Positions 62,891 to 64,000 of a stretch of 64,000 bases of DNA are shown piece by piece. The DNA lies in assembly GCA_963693365.1 (NCBI GenBank), contig CAVNZM010000011.1, forward strand, positions 8,731,937-8,795,936. The letters are read 5' to 3'. A model generated the notes under the pieces. The model had not been told where the DNA came from. It did not search any database and saw only the letters and a program-made list of their open reading frames with translations. Source of the DNA: Amoebidium appalachense. Its lineage: Eukaryota > Protista > Ichthyosporea. Every line of letters begins with the position of its first letter. Within the stretch, counting starts at the first letter, position 1. Position numbers and translations under genes: made by a program.

Positions 62891-64000
62891 CGTGGAAAAA
62901 CGGTGAATACAAGCGCCTTCGGGGCACGAGCCAGTCTTGTCCTTACGTAAGTGGGGTGGTGGCAAACTATCTCTCCCTTAACCCTAGAGCCACCGTGACC
63001 GAGGTTCGAAACGCCATTCTGTCGGCGGCGACAATGGACGTAATTCAGTTGGGAAATCGCACCGAAACCAACAACCGGCTATTGTACAGTCTGTTTTCCA
63101 GTCCAAAAACCGGTGATTCGAACCCTGAAACCAAGAATGTTGATATTCCGGGATTGCAGCTGACGACGCTACCACTCATTCTGTTGAAACCCCCCGCGGT
63201 CTCACCGAATCCGGCACCAGGCATACAAACCCTTGTTCCCCAGCCGAATCTTTCGAGTATCCCGGCAAATTTACCGAATATCCCGATAAGTTTACCAAAT
63301 ATTCCGTTGAATGCACCGATTACCCCGTCAGTTTCCCCGAATAAGCCGGCAAATTCGCCGAATGTCCCCGCAGCCGTGCCCACCACGAGACAAATGATCA
63401 ATGCGCCCGCTGTGCCAGCCCCCAACCCCGTAGATTCGCCAAATGCTCCCCAGAGTTTCGTGAGTTTCAACATTCCGGTAACTATACCAAATTCCCCGGC
63501 TATCACCCCGACCCCCACAGTTGTACGCACAGTGGTTTTACGACCAACACCCACCCCTACCGCCCCCTCACCCCAACAACCCGTCGTTACGCAAAGACCA
63601 ATCCGAAGAGTCACCGTTACGTCATCTTACGGGTCAGACGGGCCGGGCCAACCCGAAACTGTGACCCTATCCCCTGCAGCGGCAGCTGCTCCGGTTACTT
63701 TGACGGTCCCTGCCGTTGTGGCTACGATGCAGAATGTACCTGTGGTAACTGTAACCCCACCCCAACCAACACCCACATCCACGCCTGTTATGGTAAATTC
63801 CGTTACGGCTCATTCGTGCCCGAAAGTTGCCGATTTTCCTCTCCCGCGCAATCTCATACCTTGCAACAACCGAAGGAAAATGATCGCGGTGGACCAATTT
63901 AACTCGCGCGCGTGGAATATATCCAATTACTATCCCGAAATGGTGTTTGAGAGGCATTATATTGCCCCGGACGGGAGTTTGGTTTTGTCTGTGCAAAGGA
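59657..64000 (+). CDS. Secreted proteinase K-like subtilase (S8A) with I9 prodomain, Pro/Thr/Val stalk and a further C-terminal domain; 3' end lies outside the window
   Basis: Exon 59657-60471: signal peptide, YIVQL...IAEIQED (I9), WGLDRIDQR. Exon 61323-61530: IVDTG, HGHGTHV. Exon 62000-62399: VRVLD..G.G, SAGN, VGAT, FSNWG.CV.ILAPG. Exon from 62891: GTSQSCPYVSG, NRLLY, open to the window end. Confidence 0.93.

Noticed and set aside
62947-62986. Short intron after GTSQSCPY (GTAAGT...CCCTAG)
   Set aside because: Read-through gives PYVSGVVANYLSLNPRAT, the conserved post-serine helix of S8A proteases, and splicing would shift the frame.

Overview
Eukaryotic, microsatellite-saturated genomic DNA: (GT/AC)n, (GA/CT)n and poly-G/C fill the introns, so nearly all long ORFs in the track are artefacts. 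Chaining GT..AG exons by phase gives six gene models. (1) Minus strand, ~270 aa, with a PP1-binding module of the Phactr/neurabin/Bni4 type (1299-11328). (2) Minus strand, ~36 exons, an SH3-SH3-DH-PH-SH3 RhoGEF (18631-44604). (3,4) Two tandem minus-strand GyrI-like genes of bacterial type; one is intact with an intron (51043-53062), the other possibly decaying (47584-~49030). (5) A divergently transcribed K/S/T-rich gene (53984-56796). (6) A secreted S8A subtilase with a Pro/Thr stalk that runs off the window (59657-64000). Mobile DNA includes a decayed tyrosine-recombinase (DIRS-like) retrotransposon, a piggyBac-type MITE, a second MITE family, and an abundant non-coding element family. That family ends in poly-C, sits in G/C homopolymers, lies sense to its host gene and has a covarying RNA stem with hammerhead-like half-sites. 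Many splice acceptors are preceded by (AC)n instead of a pyrimidine tract. Gene content suggests an opisthokont, possibly a unicellular holozoan (inference only). All models were built by hand, without searches or RNA data.
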